Origin: a virus
DNA length: 64,000 bases
IMG/VR virus record: IMGVR_UViG_3300045988_166150
Span: 1-64,000 of that record
Direction: 5' to 3' (one strand)
Both the position numbers and the translations under genes were made by a program. This document shows positions 18,290 through 29,131 of this stretch, piece by piece; position 1 is the first letter of the stretch; every line of letters begins with the position of its first letter. Under the pieces are notes generated by a model, which saw only the letters and a list, made by a program, of their open reading frames with translations, ran no database searches and was not told the origin of the DNA.

Positions 18290-19009
18290 ATGGAAGAAGA
18301 TAAAATAGATGAAATAACTATGATAAAGGATATGAATATTTATAAAAAAATTCAAAAAGTAAAACTTGAGTTAAGCCAAAGAGAGCTAAAAAAATCAGGA
18401 GAAAATACTTTTAGTAAGTTCAAATATTATGAACTTGGAGACTTTTTGCCTTCAATAATTGAATTGTGTGACAAATATGGTTTATTCACAAAAATTGATT
18501 TTGAAAATGAATACACATTTAGCAACACTGCGGAAGAAACAAGCAAAACAAAATTGGGCGAAATTGCCACATTAACTATTGTTAATTCAGATAACCCAAG
18601 AGAAGAACAAGAATATACGAGTAATGTAAAAGAACTAGATTTAAAGGGAGCAAATTCAATTCAAAATTATGGTGGTGTGCAAACATATTTAAGAAGATAC
18701 TTATATATGAATGCTTTTGATATTGTAGAAGCTGATATGTTTGATAGCCAAGAATTTGAAAAGAAAAAGAAGAAAAAAGCAGAAAAAAATGATTTAGCAG
18801 AATTAGTTGTAAGTTGTAAAAAAGCTTTCGCAAAAGCCTCAACTGAAACAAAAACTAAGGTTGGCGATATGATGAAAATTTTGGGATATTCTTCATTTGC
18901 TACCTTAGAAGAAAAACAAGAAAAAGAAGATATTGTTTCATTAGCAAAAGCTTTAAAAATTGCAATCCCAGAAGGTTTATCAGAAACAAAGAAGGAAGAG
19001 AAGGAATAA
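18290..19009 (+). CDS. erf: ERF-family single-strand annealing recombinase
   Basis: FKYYELGDFLPSIIELCDKYGL and GGVQTYLRRYLYMNAFDIVEAD match the ERF pattern. Confidence 0.7.
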   Translation: MEEDKIDEITMIKDMNIYKKIQKVKLELSQRELKKSGENTFSKFKYYELGDFLPSIIELCDKYGLFTKIDFENEYTFSNTAEETSKTKLGEIATLTIVNSDNPREEQEYTSNVKELDLKGANSIQNYGGVQTYLRRYLYMNAFDIVEADMFDSQEFEKKKKKKAEKNDLAELVVSCKKAFAKASTETKTKVGDMMKILGYSSFATLEEKQEKEDIVSLAKALKIAIPEGLSETKKEEKE

Positions 19010-19038
19010 AACTTCTCTTCTAAGTAAAGGAGAAAAGA

Positions 19039-19269
19039 ATGAAAAAGAAAGATTTAATATTAGAAGTAGGTAGAAATCCAAAAGATAATACTTCACTTGA
19101 TATTAGTATTAAAGCTAATACATTTGGTTTTGAATTATATAGAGTATGTCTTGTGCTTTTAGATAAAATGATAGAAATGGGAAAGGCTTCTGGAGATAAA
19201 GAGGCAGAAATTGATATTTTCTTTGAGAAATTAAAAGAAAATTATAAAAATTTTTATAAAAAGGATTAG
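19039..19269 (+). CDS. hypothetical protein
   Basis: ORF track. Confidence 0.55.
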   Translation: MKKKDLILEVGRNPKDNTSLDISIKANTFGFELYRVCLVLLDKMIEMGKASGDKEAEIDIFFEKLKENYKNFYKKD

Positions 19270-19274
19270 ATGAT

Positions 19275-19919
19275 ATGGATAATTTGTCAGAGTTAGAAAG
19301 TCAAGTTTTATTTTTAAGACAAAAACAAGGCTATACTATTAATGAAACTATAAAAGAACTTAACATAACAGCAAATATTTTAAAAAAAGTCACAGAAAAG
19401 CTTCAAAATTTGGGGCTATATAGTGAAGAAGAAATACAAAAAGCAAAAAAAAATAGAAAACTAAGAGAAAGATATGCAAAAACAAAAGGTCAACCAGTAC
19501 TTGGTTTATCAAAAGAAGAAGAAAATTTTAGACAATTGTGTATTTCTTTTATGTGTGAAAAATATTTAGATTACAACATAACAAAAAAAATGAACCCAAT
19601 ATTAGTTACAAAATTAAAGCAGCTTAACACTTATGGGAGTTATGAAGTTATTTATAGGACTTTACAAACACAAGAAAAAAATCTTAATTATATCAATTCC
19701 AACAAAACTTTCCAGAGTGATATTCAAAAAATAAGTTATTTTCTTGCTGTTATAAAAAGCAATATGGCTAAAGTTGAAAATCAATTAAAAACCAAACAGG
19801 CAGTAGTTGAAGCAAAAAGAAATTCACCAAGCATGAACGAAGATATAATTGATATGCTTGAAAATAAAACAATTTCAACTCCAACAAAAAGAAGAGACTT
19901 GTCTGAATTTATTGATTAA
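19275..19919 (+). CDS. HTH protein, possible replication initiator or helicase loader
   Basis: N-terminal HTH-like segment; position upstream of the helicase. Confidence 0.55.
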   Translation: MDNLSELESQVLFLRQKQGYTINETIKELNITANILKKVTEKLQNLGLYSEEEIQKAKKNRKLRERYAKTKGQPVLGLSKEEENFRQLCISFMCEKYLDYNITKKMNPILVTKLKQLNTYGSYEVIYRTLQTQEKNLNYINSNKTFQSDIQKISYFLAVIKSNMAKVENQLKTKQAVVEAKRNSPSMNEDIIDMLENKTISTPTKRRDLSEFID

Positions 19920-19932
19920 GAAAGGAAAGTAA

Positions 19933-21393
19933 ATGAAAAAAGCAGATTTAACCAAAAATAGAACGCCAATTGAAGGAAATTTTGTATTATCTTTATATAA
20001 AAATCCGACAGATTTATATTCTGATTTTCCAATAGACCCAGATAAAGATTTAATTACAGCTGATGGAAAATTTTATTATAATTTGGGCGCTAATATGATA
20101 AAAAAAGGAATAAAAACTTTTGATGAAATATCTGTTATGACTTTCCTAAATGATTATCCACAAATAAAGAATGAGTTCGATAGCAAAGGTGGTTGGAAAG
20201 CTGTATCAGAATATACAGGATTACTAGATGAAAATAATGCAGAGGCTTATTATAATGAACTTATGAAAAATAATTTGTTGCTAGAACTAGATAAAAAAGG
20301 CTTTAATATTGAAGCCAATATGAATGTATTTAATCAATTAAGTACAGCAGATGAAGTGTTTGATGTGTTAGAAGCACAATTAAATTCTGCAGCTTTAAAT
20401 ATAACTCATGATATACAATTGGAAACTTTAAGTTATACACAAAAAGATATAGAAAAAAAACAAAGTGGAGAACAGGTTGGTCTACAATTTAGTGAGAATT
20501 GTCCTTTGTTAAATGGTTTTAGTAATGGTATTCCGAGAAAAGGATTGACAATGCTAGCTAGTTATACAAATGGTGGTAAAACAAGTTTTGTTTTTGGAAA
20601 TATAGTTCTACCTTTAGCAAAACAAAAAATAAAAACTTGCGTAATAAGTAATGAGCAAGATAGTATAATATTTAAAGATTTGCTTTATTTATATGTATTA
20701 ACTAGCGAATTAGATTATTGGAATATTACAAGAAGTAGTCTAAGGAATTTAAAATTTACAGAAGAAGATAGAAAAATGTTTTCTAAGGCAGACAAAATAG
20801 TAAGAGAAAAATATGAACCTTATATTCGTTTCCAAAGAATGTATGATTATGGAATGAAAAATGTAAAAAGGACAATAAAAAAACTTGCTAAACAAGGATT
20901 CGAGTTATTTATATATGACACATTTAAGGTGGATAGTACTACTGATATTGTATGGCAATCTTTCTTGAATGATAGTAAAGAATTATTTCAAATATCTTCA
21001 AAAGAAAATGTCGCAATTATTACGCCAGTTCAAATTGCATTATCAACTAGAGGAAAACTTAGATGGCTAAATGAAGGTGCATTATCTAATAGTAAACAGA
21101 TTGCAGAAATATATGAAGAAATATTCATGTTTAGAGATATTTGGAGAGATGAATATAATGGAGAAAATAATGATATAAAGCCTTATATGTTTGAATTAGA
21201 CAAAGAAACAAATACAAAAATAAGAAAAGAAATACCAATAAGCTTTAATGAAGATGAGAAATATAAAATATTTTTCCATTCAAAAAGTAGAAATGGCGAA
21301 GCAGGAAGAACAGTATTATATGAATTTATACCAAGATATAACAAATGGAAAGAAATTGGACTATGTACTGTTGGAGAAGAAAATAGATTATAG
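19933..21393 (+). CDS. DnaB-like replicative helicase
   Basis: Walker A YTNGGKTSF in a RecA-like C-terminal half. Confidence 0.8.
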   Translation: MKKADLTKNRTPIEGNFVLSLYKNPTDLYSDFPIDPDKDLITADGKFYYNLGANMIKKGIKTFDEISVMTFLNDYPQIKNEFDSKGGWKAVSEYTGLLDENNAEAYYNELMKNNLLLELDKKGFNIEANMNVFNQLSTADEVFDVLEAQLNSAALNITHDIQLETLSYTQKDIEKKQSGEQVGLQFSENCPLLNGFSNGIPRKGLTMLASYTNGGKTSFVFGNIVLPLAKQKIKTCVISNEQDSIIFKDLLYLYVLTSELDYWNITRSSLRNLKFTEEDRKMFSKADKIVREKYEPYIRFQRMYDYGMKNVKRTIKKLAKQGFELFIYDTFKVDSTTDIVWQSFLNDSKELFQISSKENVAIITPVQIALSTRGKLRWLNEGALSNSKQIAEIYEEIFMFRDIWRDEYNGENNDIKPYMFELDKETNTKIRKEIPISFNEDEKYKIFFHSKSRNGEAGRTVLYEFIPRYNKWKEIGLCTVGEENRL

Positions 21394-21411
21394 AAAGGAG
21401 AGATATGGTGA

Positions 21412-22428
21412 ATGTCAGCAGAAAAGTTAAGAGAATATCTTATTCAAAACCCAGAAGAAATTGTAAAGATATTGGAAGTAACTGATTTTCATTCCATATC
21501 TTTTTTTGATAATAAAAAAGAAATTAGGTGTGCATATTACGAAGGTGGAAATCATACTTCAGTAGCTATAAATTGTGAAACATTGCAAACTTATGTTTTC
21601 AGCAAAGGAATTGGCGGAGATTTATTTTATATCATAAGTCTACATAATAATTGGAGTATGAGTCAAACACTTAACTTAATTTACAAGATTTTAAATATAA
21701 AAGATGTAAATGAATTGAATATACCTTTTATATTTGAAGGATTTTATAAAAAAATAAGTACTTTTAATAAACAAGACAAAGAGAATATCTTGCCCGTAGA
21801 TACTTTAAACAGATTTGTAAATCACCCAAGTGTCAGATTTGCAAAAGATAACATTTCTTATTTGACACAATATAAATTTAAAATAAAATATGATACAATT
21901 ACTAATAGAGTAGTTGTGCCTTGGTTTAATAAAAAAGGTGATTTAGTTGGAATTACAGGAAGATATAATTTTAATGACATTGGTAATAATCCAAAATGGA
22001 AAGCAATAGAAAATTTTCCTAAAGGTAATTACTTATATGGAATATATGAAAATCAAAAAGAAATTGAAGAAATGGATTATGTTATAATAGGAGAAAGTGA
22101 GAAATTTGTAATGCAATTAGATAGTTATGGATATCATAATGGATTAGCATTAGGAAATTGCACAATTACAGATAAACAAGCACGAATTATAAAATCTTTG
22201 CCTGTAAAAAAAATTATAATTGCACTAGATGAAGGAGTTAATATTGAACATATTTTAGCTCAATGTGAAAAATTGAAGGGTGGAATTTTCAATAATAACA
22301 AGGAAATTTGGTGTATTTATGATAATGAAAACAAAGTTATTCCCAAGGGAAGTAAAGCTTCTCCTACAGATTTTGGAAAAGAAAAATTAGAATATTTATT
22401 AAAAAATTGTTGTTTTAGAAAGGAGTAA
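21412..22428 (+). CDS. DNA primase (TOPRIM)
   Basis: IIGESEKF and IIALDEG Toprim acidic motifs. Confidence 0.75.
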   Translation: MSAEKLREYLIQNPEEIVKILEVTDFHSISFFDNKKEIRCAYYEGGNHTSVAINCETLQTYVFSKGIGGDLFYIISLHNNWSMSQTLNLIYKILNIKDVNELNIPFIFEGFYKKISTFNKQDKENILPVDTLNRFVNHPSVRFAKDNISYLTQYKFKIKYDTITNRVVVPWFNKKGDLVGITGRYNFNDIGNNPKWKAIENFPKGNYLYGIYENQKEIEEMDYVIIGESEKFVMQLDSYGYHNGLALGNCTITDKQARIIKSLPVKKIIIALDEGVNIEHILAQCEKLKGGIFNNNKEIWCIYDNENKVIPKGSKASPTDFGKEKLEYLLKNCCFRKE

Positions 22429-22433
22429 AAGTA

Positions 22434-22616
22434 ATGTTGGACAATGCATTGTTAAAACTTAAACATATATTAAATGGTCTTACAGACCAAGAACTTAAAG
22501 ATTATGATTTGTGGATAGATACAGAAAATAAAATTGATGCAATCGTAGTAGATGGTGCAAGTATAGTTTTACTAACAGATATAGAAAAATTAAAATATAA
22601 GGAGAAAATGTGGTAA
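22434..22616 (+). CDS. hypothetical protein
   Basis: ORF track. Confidence 0.55.
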   Translation: MLDNALLKLKHILNGLTDQELKDYDLWIDTENKIDAIVVDGASIVLLTDIEKLKYKEKMW

Positions 22617-22618
22617 TT

Positions 22619-22759
22619 ATGGAAGAAACATTAGAACAATTAGAACATGATTATTTTATGTTAGAAATGCAAGACCATTGGGATAGTTCTGATTATAGAT
22701 ATGCCAATGAACTAGAAGAAAAAATTAAAAAGTTAAAGGAGGATAAGAAATGCAATTAG
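22619..22759 (+). CDS. hypothetical protein, 46 aa (below track cutoff)
   Basis: fills the 22617-22750 gap; ATG 22619. Confidence 0.4.
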   Translation: MEETLEQLEHDYFMLEMQDHWDSSDYRYANELEEKIKKLKEDKKCN

Positions 22760-23067
22760 AATGGAATGTATTTTTGCATGATTTTAATTCTAACGAGATT
22801 GTTAGTTATAATATATTTTATAAAGGTTGGGAGAAAGAAGCTTTAAAGGATAAGCCACAAACATTAGCAGAATTAAAAGAAAAAATAATAAACTGGGCTA
22901 AATATCACTATTGGTGCAAATCAGAATTTGAAATTGCAATTGGCGGGTTATTTAGTAAATATCCAGAAGATTTTGAGAAGATAGATATTTATAGACAAAT
23001 AGAAATGAACATAGATAGAATAGTTGAGTACGTTGATAGAAATTTAAGTATAGAAGGAGAAAATTAA
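22750..23067 (+). CDS. hypothetical protein
   Basis: ORF track. Confidence 0.6.
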   Translation: MQLEWNVFLHDFNSNEIVSYNIFYKGWEKEALKDKPQTLAELKEKIINWAKYHYWCKSEFEIAIGGLFSKYPEDFEKIDIYRQIEMNIDRIVEYVDRNLSIEGEN

Positions 23068-23068
23068 A

Positions 23069-23263
23069 ATGATAATTCATAATAGAATTAAGTGCAAGAA
23101 ATGCGGAGATATTATAGAAAGTATGAATAGACACGATTTTAAGTGGTGTTCTTGTGGACAATGCGCAGTTGATGGTGGACACGATTATTTAAAGAGAAGT
23201 TATGCAGGGGAAAGTCCAGAAGAAAGTTATGAAGAACTAAGTGAAACGAAAGGAGAAGAATAG
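23069..23263 (+). CDS. small zinc-ribbon protein
   Basis: CKKCGD...CSCGQC. Confidence 0.6.
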   Translation: MIIHNRIKCKKCGDIIESMNRHDFKWCSCGQCAVDGGHDYLKRSYAGESPEESYEELSETKGEE

Positions 23264-24331
23264 GTGAATATCAAAGAAAAAATTCAAAAATTAAGGAAAG
23301 AAGGACATACAATTTATTCTATTAGTAGATTGAATGCAGTAGATGAATGTGGGTATTCTTATTGGTTAACTTATCATGAACATATTCCTTCAAACGAAAA
23401 TATTTATGGTTTTGCTGGAACCAGAGTCCACAAATGTTTAGAAGATATACAAAATGGTTTAAAAGTAAATTTTCCGAAAGAAGTAGAAAATATATTCAAT
23501 GAAGCTGATTTTTTAGACTTAAAATTTCCAACAGAAAACATAGGAAATAAATGGAAAAATGATATTAGATGTTTTGCAAGAGATTATAAAGCACCAAAAT
23601 ATAACAAAGTAGAAACAGAAAAACTTTTTCTTTATGAATTAAATGAAAAATATTTACAAGGTATTATAGATTTACTTATTTATAACGAAGATGGGTCAGT
23701 ATCTATTAGAGATTATAAAACAAGTTCAAAATTTACAAATAGCGATTTAGAAGAAAAAGGGCGCCAATTAATACTTTATGGATTAGCAATGGAACAATTA
23801 GGATTTCAAGTTAAAGATTTAGCTTGGGAGTTTTTAAAATATGTAGACATTAGTTATACATTAAAAAATGGAAATATAAGAACGACCACTGCTGAAAGGG
23901 GTTATATTATTGAAAAATTAAAATCAGATATACAAAAAGAACTTAAAGCATTAAAACAATATAGTGATTTAGAGATAGAAGTTATGCTTGAGACAGCAAT
24001 AGAAGAAAATAGTTTTGAGCATTTACCTAAAAGTATAAAAGATAAATATACAATTAAAGACTGTGTTGTGTATTATGATTTTAGTGAAGCAAACAAAAAA
24101 GAGACAAAAGCTTTTATAAAAGCAAAAATAGATGAGATAGAAAATTTTGTTGATACTGAAAGTTGGTGGGAACCAAAAGAAATAAATGGTGGGTCAGAGT
24201 TTTTCTGCACTAACTTATGTGGTTTTTCAGATAGGTGCGAAGCTTATCAAGATTATATTGAAAGAAAAAGAATGTATGAAGATAGTAAATTAGAAGAAGA
24301 TGCGGATAATGAATTGGCAAAATTTTTATAA
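23264..24331 (+). CDS. PD-(D/E)XK nuclease, Cas4/RecB-like with a Cys cluster
   Basis: IIDLLIY...IRDYKTS nuclease core; N-terminal C plus C-terminal CTNLCGFSDRC; GTG start. Confidence 0.75.
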   Translation: MNIKEKIQKLRKEGHTIYSISRLNAVDECGYSYWLTYHEHIPSNENIYGFAGTRVHKCLEDIQNGLKVNFPKEVENIFNEADFLDLKFPTENIGNKWKNDIRCFARDYKAPKYNKVETEKLFLYELNEKYLQGIIDLLIYNEDGSVSIRDYKTSSKFTNSDLEEKGRQLILYGLAMEQLGFQVKDLAWEFLKYVDISYTLKNGNIRTTTAERGYIIEKLKSDIQKELKALKQYSDLEIEVMLETAIEENSFEHLPKSIKDKYTIKDCVVYYDFSEANKKETKAFIKAKIDEIENFVDTESWWEPKEINGGSEFFCTNLCGFSDRCEAYQDYIERKRMYEDSKLEEDADNELAKFL

Positions 24332-24346
24332 AATTTTATGAAACGC

Positions 24347-24375
24347 TTGACATTTTTATGAAAATAGTATATAAT
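24347..24375 (+). promoter_or_regulatory. promoter TTGACA-17nt-TATAAT
   Basis: read directly. Confidence 0.7.
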
Positions 24376-24406
24376 TAAGATAATAAAAAATAAAGGAGGT
24401 ACAAAA

Positions 24407-24838
24407 ATGAGTGATTATGTTAGAGCAAAAGTTATAAGATATCCATTAGATGATTTTTATGAGAAAATGAAATTTGATAGCGAGTATGAATTAGAAGAAT
24501 TCTTTGAGAAGATTGACACAAATTTTGAAGCATATTCTTCAACACCAAATACTTTTACTTTTGGATATACTTATGGAAATCATAAAAGTCATATTTATTT
24601 GGATTATATTTTAAATTATAAATATGGTTCAGATATGGGCGATTATGGTATATCTTATGAATTGACAGAAGAACAGAAAGAAAAATGGAAAGACAGATTT
24701 GGCAAATATTTAAAAGATATAGACAAAGATAAAATTAGATTGGTAGAATATTGTTATTATAATGGTTGTGATTGTCCTGATTATTATGAAATTACACCAA
24801 GAGAAGAGATAACCGATAATGATAAATGGATTTTGTAA
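24407..24838 (+). CDS. hypothetical protein
   Basis: ORF track. Confidence 0.65.
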   Translation: MSDYVRAKVIRYPLDDFYEKMKFDSEYELEEFFEKIDTNFEAYSSTPNTFTFGYTYGNHKSHIYLDYILNYKYGSDMGDYGISYELTEEQKEKWKDRFGKYLKDIDKDKIRLVEYCYYNGCDCPDYYEITPREEITDNDKWIL

Positions 24839-24848
24839 AGGAGAAGTT

Positions 24849-26210
24849 ATGGAAGAAGTTATAAAGATAATAAAAGAATTGCAAGCAAATTCTGGAAAAA
24901 GGCTTCAAGAAATATTAGAAGAAAATAAAGATAATCAAATGCTTAAAGATGTTTTATATTTTGTGTATAATCCATTTATTGTTACTGGATTATCTAACAA
25001 GAAAATAGAAAAAGATACAAGTGATATAAAAGTAAGAGGAATAAGAAGATTTGGGAAATTTTTAGAAGAAACTGCATTGCTATCTGATGAAGATTTCGAG
25101 AAAGCTATTTTTACTAGCGAAAATTTTGATATAACTTGTATGTTTGATTATTTATTAGACCACAATACAGGCAGAGATAAAGATATAGCTTATGTTCAAG
25201 CATATATAAAAGCCCAACCAGAAGAACATAGAGAAATTTATAAACAAATATTTACCAAAGAATTAAAGTTAGGTATCACTGCAAAAACAATCAATAAAGT
25301 GTGGAAAGATTTTATACCAGAATTTAATGTTATGTTGGCGGAAAAATATTGGGATAGAATGGATGAGTTGGAAAAAGGAAAGCTAGATATAATTATTACA
25401 CAGAAATATGATGGAATACGAGCAGTTGCAGAAGTAAGAGATGGAAAAGTAGAAATATTTTCAAGACAAGGTAAACCAATTGAAGGATTAAAAGATATAG
25501 AGGGAGAATTAAAAGAATTAGAAGATGGATTTTATGATGGCGAATTATTGTTAGATAAAGAAGACATACCTTCTAAAGATTTATATAGAGAAACAGTTCA
25601 AGTAGTAAATAGTAAGAACGAATATAAGAATAATATTGTTTTTAATATATTTGATTATATACCATCAAATGATTTTGTTATAGGATATTCTAAAATGAAT
25701 TGTCTTGACAGAAAAAGATTTGTTTATGAAGAATTAAGAGAAATCGAGCCCGATTGGTTAAAACCAGTAGAAATATTATATCGTGGAAAATATGACAAGA
25801 GAATAGTCCAACAAGAATTAGATAAACAAATTGCATTAGAGCACGAAGGAGTTATGGTAAATTTAGCAAATGCTGCTTATGAAGGGAAAAGAACTAAAAA
25901 TATTTTAAAAGTAAAAGCAATGCAAGATTGTGATTTAAAAATTATAGGGTTTGAAGAAGGAACTGGAAAGAATAAAGGAACTTTGGGCGCTATTATAGTT
26001 GATTACAAAGGATTTAAAGTAAAAGTCGGCTCAGGTTTCACAGATAAAGACAGAGAATATTTTTGGAGCAATCAAAAAGAATTATTAGGGAGAGTAATTA
26101 CTGTACAATATTTTGAAGAAACTACAAACATAAAAGATAATTCTTTAAGTTTAAGGTTTCCGGTTTACCTAGATTTGCGAGAAGAAGGCAAAGAAGTAAG
26201 TTATTTTTAG
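24849..26210 (+). CDS. lig: ATP-dependent DNA ligase
   Basis: adenylation motif TQKYDGIRA (KxDG); EGVMV; OB domain; ATG 24849 after AAAGGAG. Confidence 0.9.
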   Translation: MEEVIKIIKELQANSGKRLQEILEENKDNQMLKDVLYFVYNPFIVTGLSNKKIEKDTSDIKVRGIRRFGKFLEETALLSDEDFEKAIFTSENFDITCMFDYLLDHNTGRDKDIAYVQAYIKAQPEEHREIYKQIFTKELKLGITAKTINKVWKDFIPEFNVMLAEKYWDRMDELEKGKLDIIITQKYDGIRAVAEVRDGKVEIFSRQGKPIEGLKDIEGELKELEDGFYDGELLLDKEDIPSKDLYRETVQVVNSKNEYKNNIVFNIFDYIPSNDFVIGYSKMNCLDRKRFVYEELREIEPDWLKPVEILYRGKYDKRIVQQELDKQIALEHEGVMVNLANAAYEGKRTKNILKVKAMQDCDLKIIGFEEGTGKNKGTLGAIIVDYKGFKVKVGSGFTDKDREYFWSNQKELLGRVITVQYFEETTNIKDNSLSLRFPVYLDLREEGKEVSYF

Positions 26211-26227
26211 AAAGGAACTATAGAATT

Positions 26228-26974
26228 ATGAAAAATAAATTACCAGCTATAAAAGTATATGATATTGATTATAGCTTTATAATAAAAAATTATTTAAACC
26301 CAGAAATGTGGCAAAAAACTTGGACTTTGTTTCAATATAAAACTTGGGTGATAACTTTTAGAATAGATTATATTTGGTGTAGAAGTGAAAAAATACACTT
26401 TATGATAAAAATTAAAGATAATTCGCCAGAAAACGAATACAAATATGGCGACTATTTCGATACAGATAAGGATTATAGCGCAAGTGTGGATTATAGCCTG
26501 AAAATAGATAATATACAATTTTTAAAAAGAGAAATAATCAGCAAATCATTTTATATTATAGAGAAGCTTGAAGAAGAAGCAATTATGGCTACACGAGAAT
26601 ATGCTAATTTGACTGAAAGTTATTCAGATGAAAAGGATAAATTAACAAAAATTGCAGAAGATTTTTTAGATGATAATGGAGTAAATAATGAAGGTATAAG
26701 AAATGCTTATATAGATAGTTATGTATGTAATAACACCAAACTTGATTTAATGCAAGAAAAACTAAAAAGGGAAATGCTATATACGATTTTCCCAGATTTA
26801 TATTTAATATTTGCTAATGCAACAGAAGATGATAAAATAGTTCAAAAATGGGAAGAAACGTTAGCAGGAAATAATAATATAGAAGAATTAAGGACAGAAA
26901 TTCTAGAATATTTAGAATATATGCAAAGTGAAGATTTTGAAGATGATATGAATAGTAATTTGGAGGAAATATAA
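26228..26974 (+). CDS. hypothetical protein
   Basis: ORF track. Confidence 0.65.
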   Translation: MKNKLPAIKVYDIDYSFIIKNYLNPEMWQKTWTLFQYKTWVITFRIDYIWCRSEKIHFMIKIKDNSPENEYKYGDYFDTDKDYSASVDYSLKIDNIQFLKREIISKSFYIIEKLEEEAIMATREYANLTESYSDEKDKLTKIAEDFLDDNGVNNEGIRNAYIDSYVCNNTKLDLMQEKLKREMLYTIFPDLYLIFANATEDDKIVQKWEETLAGNNNIEELRTEILEYLEYMQSEDFEDDMNSNLEEI

Positions 26975-27123
26975 TGAAGAATGAAGTTGTCGTAACTTTA
27001 AAAAATGGAAGAACAGGCAAATTGGTCAAAGATATTCATGTAATTTTTGACAATTATGACAAATATTCTTATACGGTTCCTGTTGAAGATATTTCTAAAA
27101 TAGAGATTGTTAAAGGAGATTAA
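26974..27123 (+). CDS. hypothetical protein, 49 aa (below track cutoff)
   Basis: ATAATG overlap with the upstream stop; fills the gap. Confidence 0.45.
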   Translation: MKNEVVVTLKNGRTGKLVKDIHVIFDNYDKYSYTVPVEDISKIEIVKGD

Positions 27124-27125
27124 TT

Positions 27126-27659
27126 ATGAAAGAGATACAAATAAAGGCTTATATGTGCGATAAATGTGGTAAGATTTATACAGATAAATATTTAGCAGAA
27201 ATCTGTTGCAAACAATATTATTGTGAAAAATGTGGTAAACCTACGCCTAAATATTCGTTAGAGTGTAATGAATGTAAAGAAAAACGTATTTATGACAATG
27301 CAACCAAAATGACTTACGAAGAATATATAAAAAAATATCCAGGCTACCCAATAGTTGATACTGTTAATGAAAAGTTTTATTGGGAATTGGAAGATTATTT
27401 GGACTTTATATATAATGAAACTGAGCCACCTTATCCAACATATTGTTTTGGCGCTTATAAAGAAAGATTAGAACTTGATATAGAAAACCATATAGCAGAT
27501 ATTAACACAGAAGCAAATGCAGAAGATGGTTGTGGATTAGAACCAACCAAAGGTTTAATAGATTTCATAAACAATTGGAATAAGAAAAATGGGCAAAACC
27601 TTTATTATTGCGACCAAAGAATTGTGATATTAATAAATAAGGAGGATTATCAAAAATGA
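27126..27659 (+). CDS. zinc-ribbon hypothetical protein
   Basis: CDKCGK, CEKCGK, CNEC. Confidence 0.65.
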   Translation: MKEIQIKAYMCDKCGKIYTDKYLAEICCKQYYCEKCGKPTPKYSLECNECKEKRIYDNATKMTYEEYIKKYPGYPIVDTVNEKFYWELEDYLDFIYNETEPPYPTYCFGAYKERLELDIENHIADINTEANAEDGCGLEPTKGLIDFINNWNKKNGQNLYYCDQRIVILINKEDYQK

Positions 27660-27928
27660 TAAATAAAATAAAAACAATGTCAGAATTGGAAGATATTTTT
27701 AACGAAGCTTTAAAAACTCATGCACAAAGTGTAGCAGTCGAACTTACAATTCCAGGGCAAAGAGATACTGAATTTATAGTAAATAGATATAAAAGTATTA
27801 GAAATAAATTAGCTTATTATAAAAGAACTTATGGGGAGAATTTAGTTCATAATAAAGTACCAAGTATTAAAATTTTGAGTGCAGGGTATGGAAACGCTGA
27901 TTTATGGGAGGATAAAAACAATGGCTAG
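27656..27928 (+). CDS. hypothetical protein
   Basis: ORF track. Confidence 0.6.
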   Translation: MINKIKTMSELEDIFNEALKTHAQSVAVELTIPGQRDTEFIVNRYKSIRNKLAYYKRTYGENLVHNKVPSIKILSAGYGNADLWEDKNNG

Positions 27929-28097
27929 AATTGTATTAACTTTTGAAGAGCACAAAGAAGAAATGGAAATGATGGAGCAAGAGTATAAAAATAAAATAGA
28001 ACAAATAGAAGAATATTACAAAAGTATAATAGAACAAAAGGATGATGAAATACAAAGACTAAGAGATGAAATACAAGATATAAAAGATTGGTGTTAA
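27921..28097 (+). CDS. hypothetical coiled-coil protein (ATG 27921)
   Basis: start refined from track ORF 27879. Confidence 0.5.
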   Translation: MARIVLTFEEHKEEMEMMEQEYKNKIEQIEEYYKSIIEQKDDEIQRLRDEIQDIKDWC

Positions 28098-28111
28098 GAA
28101 AAGGAGAAACT

Positions 28112-28408
28112 ATGTTTATTAATTTTGGATTTGAAGATTTTGGCGAGCAGGAAATATATACAATAGAAGTAAAAATGGGGAACCAAATGCAAAGACAAAG
28201 ATTGCAAGGAGCTGGGGAAATGGTTGCTTTACAATTTATACAATTGTTAGAACAGGCTGGCAAATCAAATCAGCCAGTTAGATTAAAGATAAGTAAAGAA
28301 GAAGAAATTTGGAACCAATTTAGACAAGAACTTAAAAATATAGAGAACTATATACAGTTCGCTAATAAAAAATATATGGAAAATTTTCCAGAAGAATTTA
28401 AGGAGTAA
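28112..28408 (+). CDS. hypothetical protein (ATG 28112)
   Basis: AAAGGAG before ATG 28112. Confidence 0.55.
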   Translation: MFINFGFEDFGEQEIYTIEVKMGNQMQRQRLQGAGEMVALQFIQLLEQAGKSNQPVRLKISKEEEIWNQFRQELKNIENYIQFANKKYMENFPEEFKE

Positions 28409-28410
28409 GT

Positions 28411-28716
28411 ATGGGTAAAATTTCAGAAAAAATTATAGAAGATTATAGAAAGAATATAGAAATAAAAGATGTTAAATTTTATGAAATTAGGCTTTGGGAC
28501 ACTTTAATTGTAACGATAATTGACAACAATAAAAAACATTTCAAAAACAAAACATTGAGAACAGACATTTTTTATAATGATAAAATCAAATTAAAAGAAT
28601 ATGTGGAGGAACTAATAAATAGTTATATAGATGACCGAATAGGGGATAAAGTAAGAGAATTACATGCTTTTGAAATTGTTTCAGAATATAAAAAAGAAAT
28701 GTCAGAGGGTAAATAA
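28411..28716 (+). CDS. hypothetical protein
   Basis: ORF track. Confidence 0.6.
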   Translation: MGKISEKIIEDYRKNIEIKDVKFYEIRLWDTLIVTIIDNNKKHFKNKTLRTDIFYNDKIKLKEYVEELINSYIDDRIGDKVRELHAFEIVSEYKKEMSEGK

Positions 28717-28717
28717 T

Positions 28718-28843
28718 ATGTTTTTTGAATGTATGAAAGAAATGCCAATTGTTGTTTCAGAAGAAAAGGAAAATAAAAATATTATTTCTTCTACCGTAGA
28801 AGAAGTTAAAATTGCTGTTGCAAGAAAATTATTAGAAATGTAG
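28718..28843 (+). CDS. hypothetical protein, 41 aa (below track cutoff)
   Basis: fills the gap. Confidence 0.4.
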   Translation: MFFECMKEMPIVVSEEKENKNIISSTVEEVKIAVARKLLEM

Positions 28844-29131
28844 GTGAAAAATATGTTTGGTCAATGGATGGGAGATAATAAGGTCGTTTTGAACAAAGAA
28901 AATGACGAAAATTTTACAGATAAAACAGATAAATATGTAAATATGATAGAAGCATTTGAATGTGACTTTAGTTTGGCAAAAGAGAATAATACGCATTATC
29001 AAACAAGTAAATTACAAGCTATGATTGAAAGCAGAGATGAAGGACTTATGAAAGATATAAATTTATTGTCAGAATTGTCTTTCAATTTAAGGCACGGCAA
29101 AGCTAAAATTGTGGAGGTGAAAAATGATTAA
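28844..29131 (+). CDS. hypothetical protein (GTG start)
   Basis: ORF track. Confidence 0.55.
   Translation: MKNMFGQWMGDNKVVLNKENDENFTDKTDKYVNMIEAFECDFSLAKENNTHYQTSKLQAMIESRDEGLMKDINLLSELSFNLRHGKAKIVEVKND

Noticed and set aside
21248-21430. 60-aa ORF overlapping the helicase 3' end
   Set aside because: It lies out of frame inside the helicase gene, and the primase start at 21412 has the real Shine-Dalgarno.
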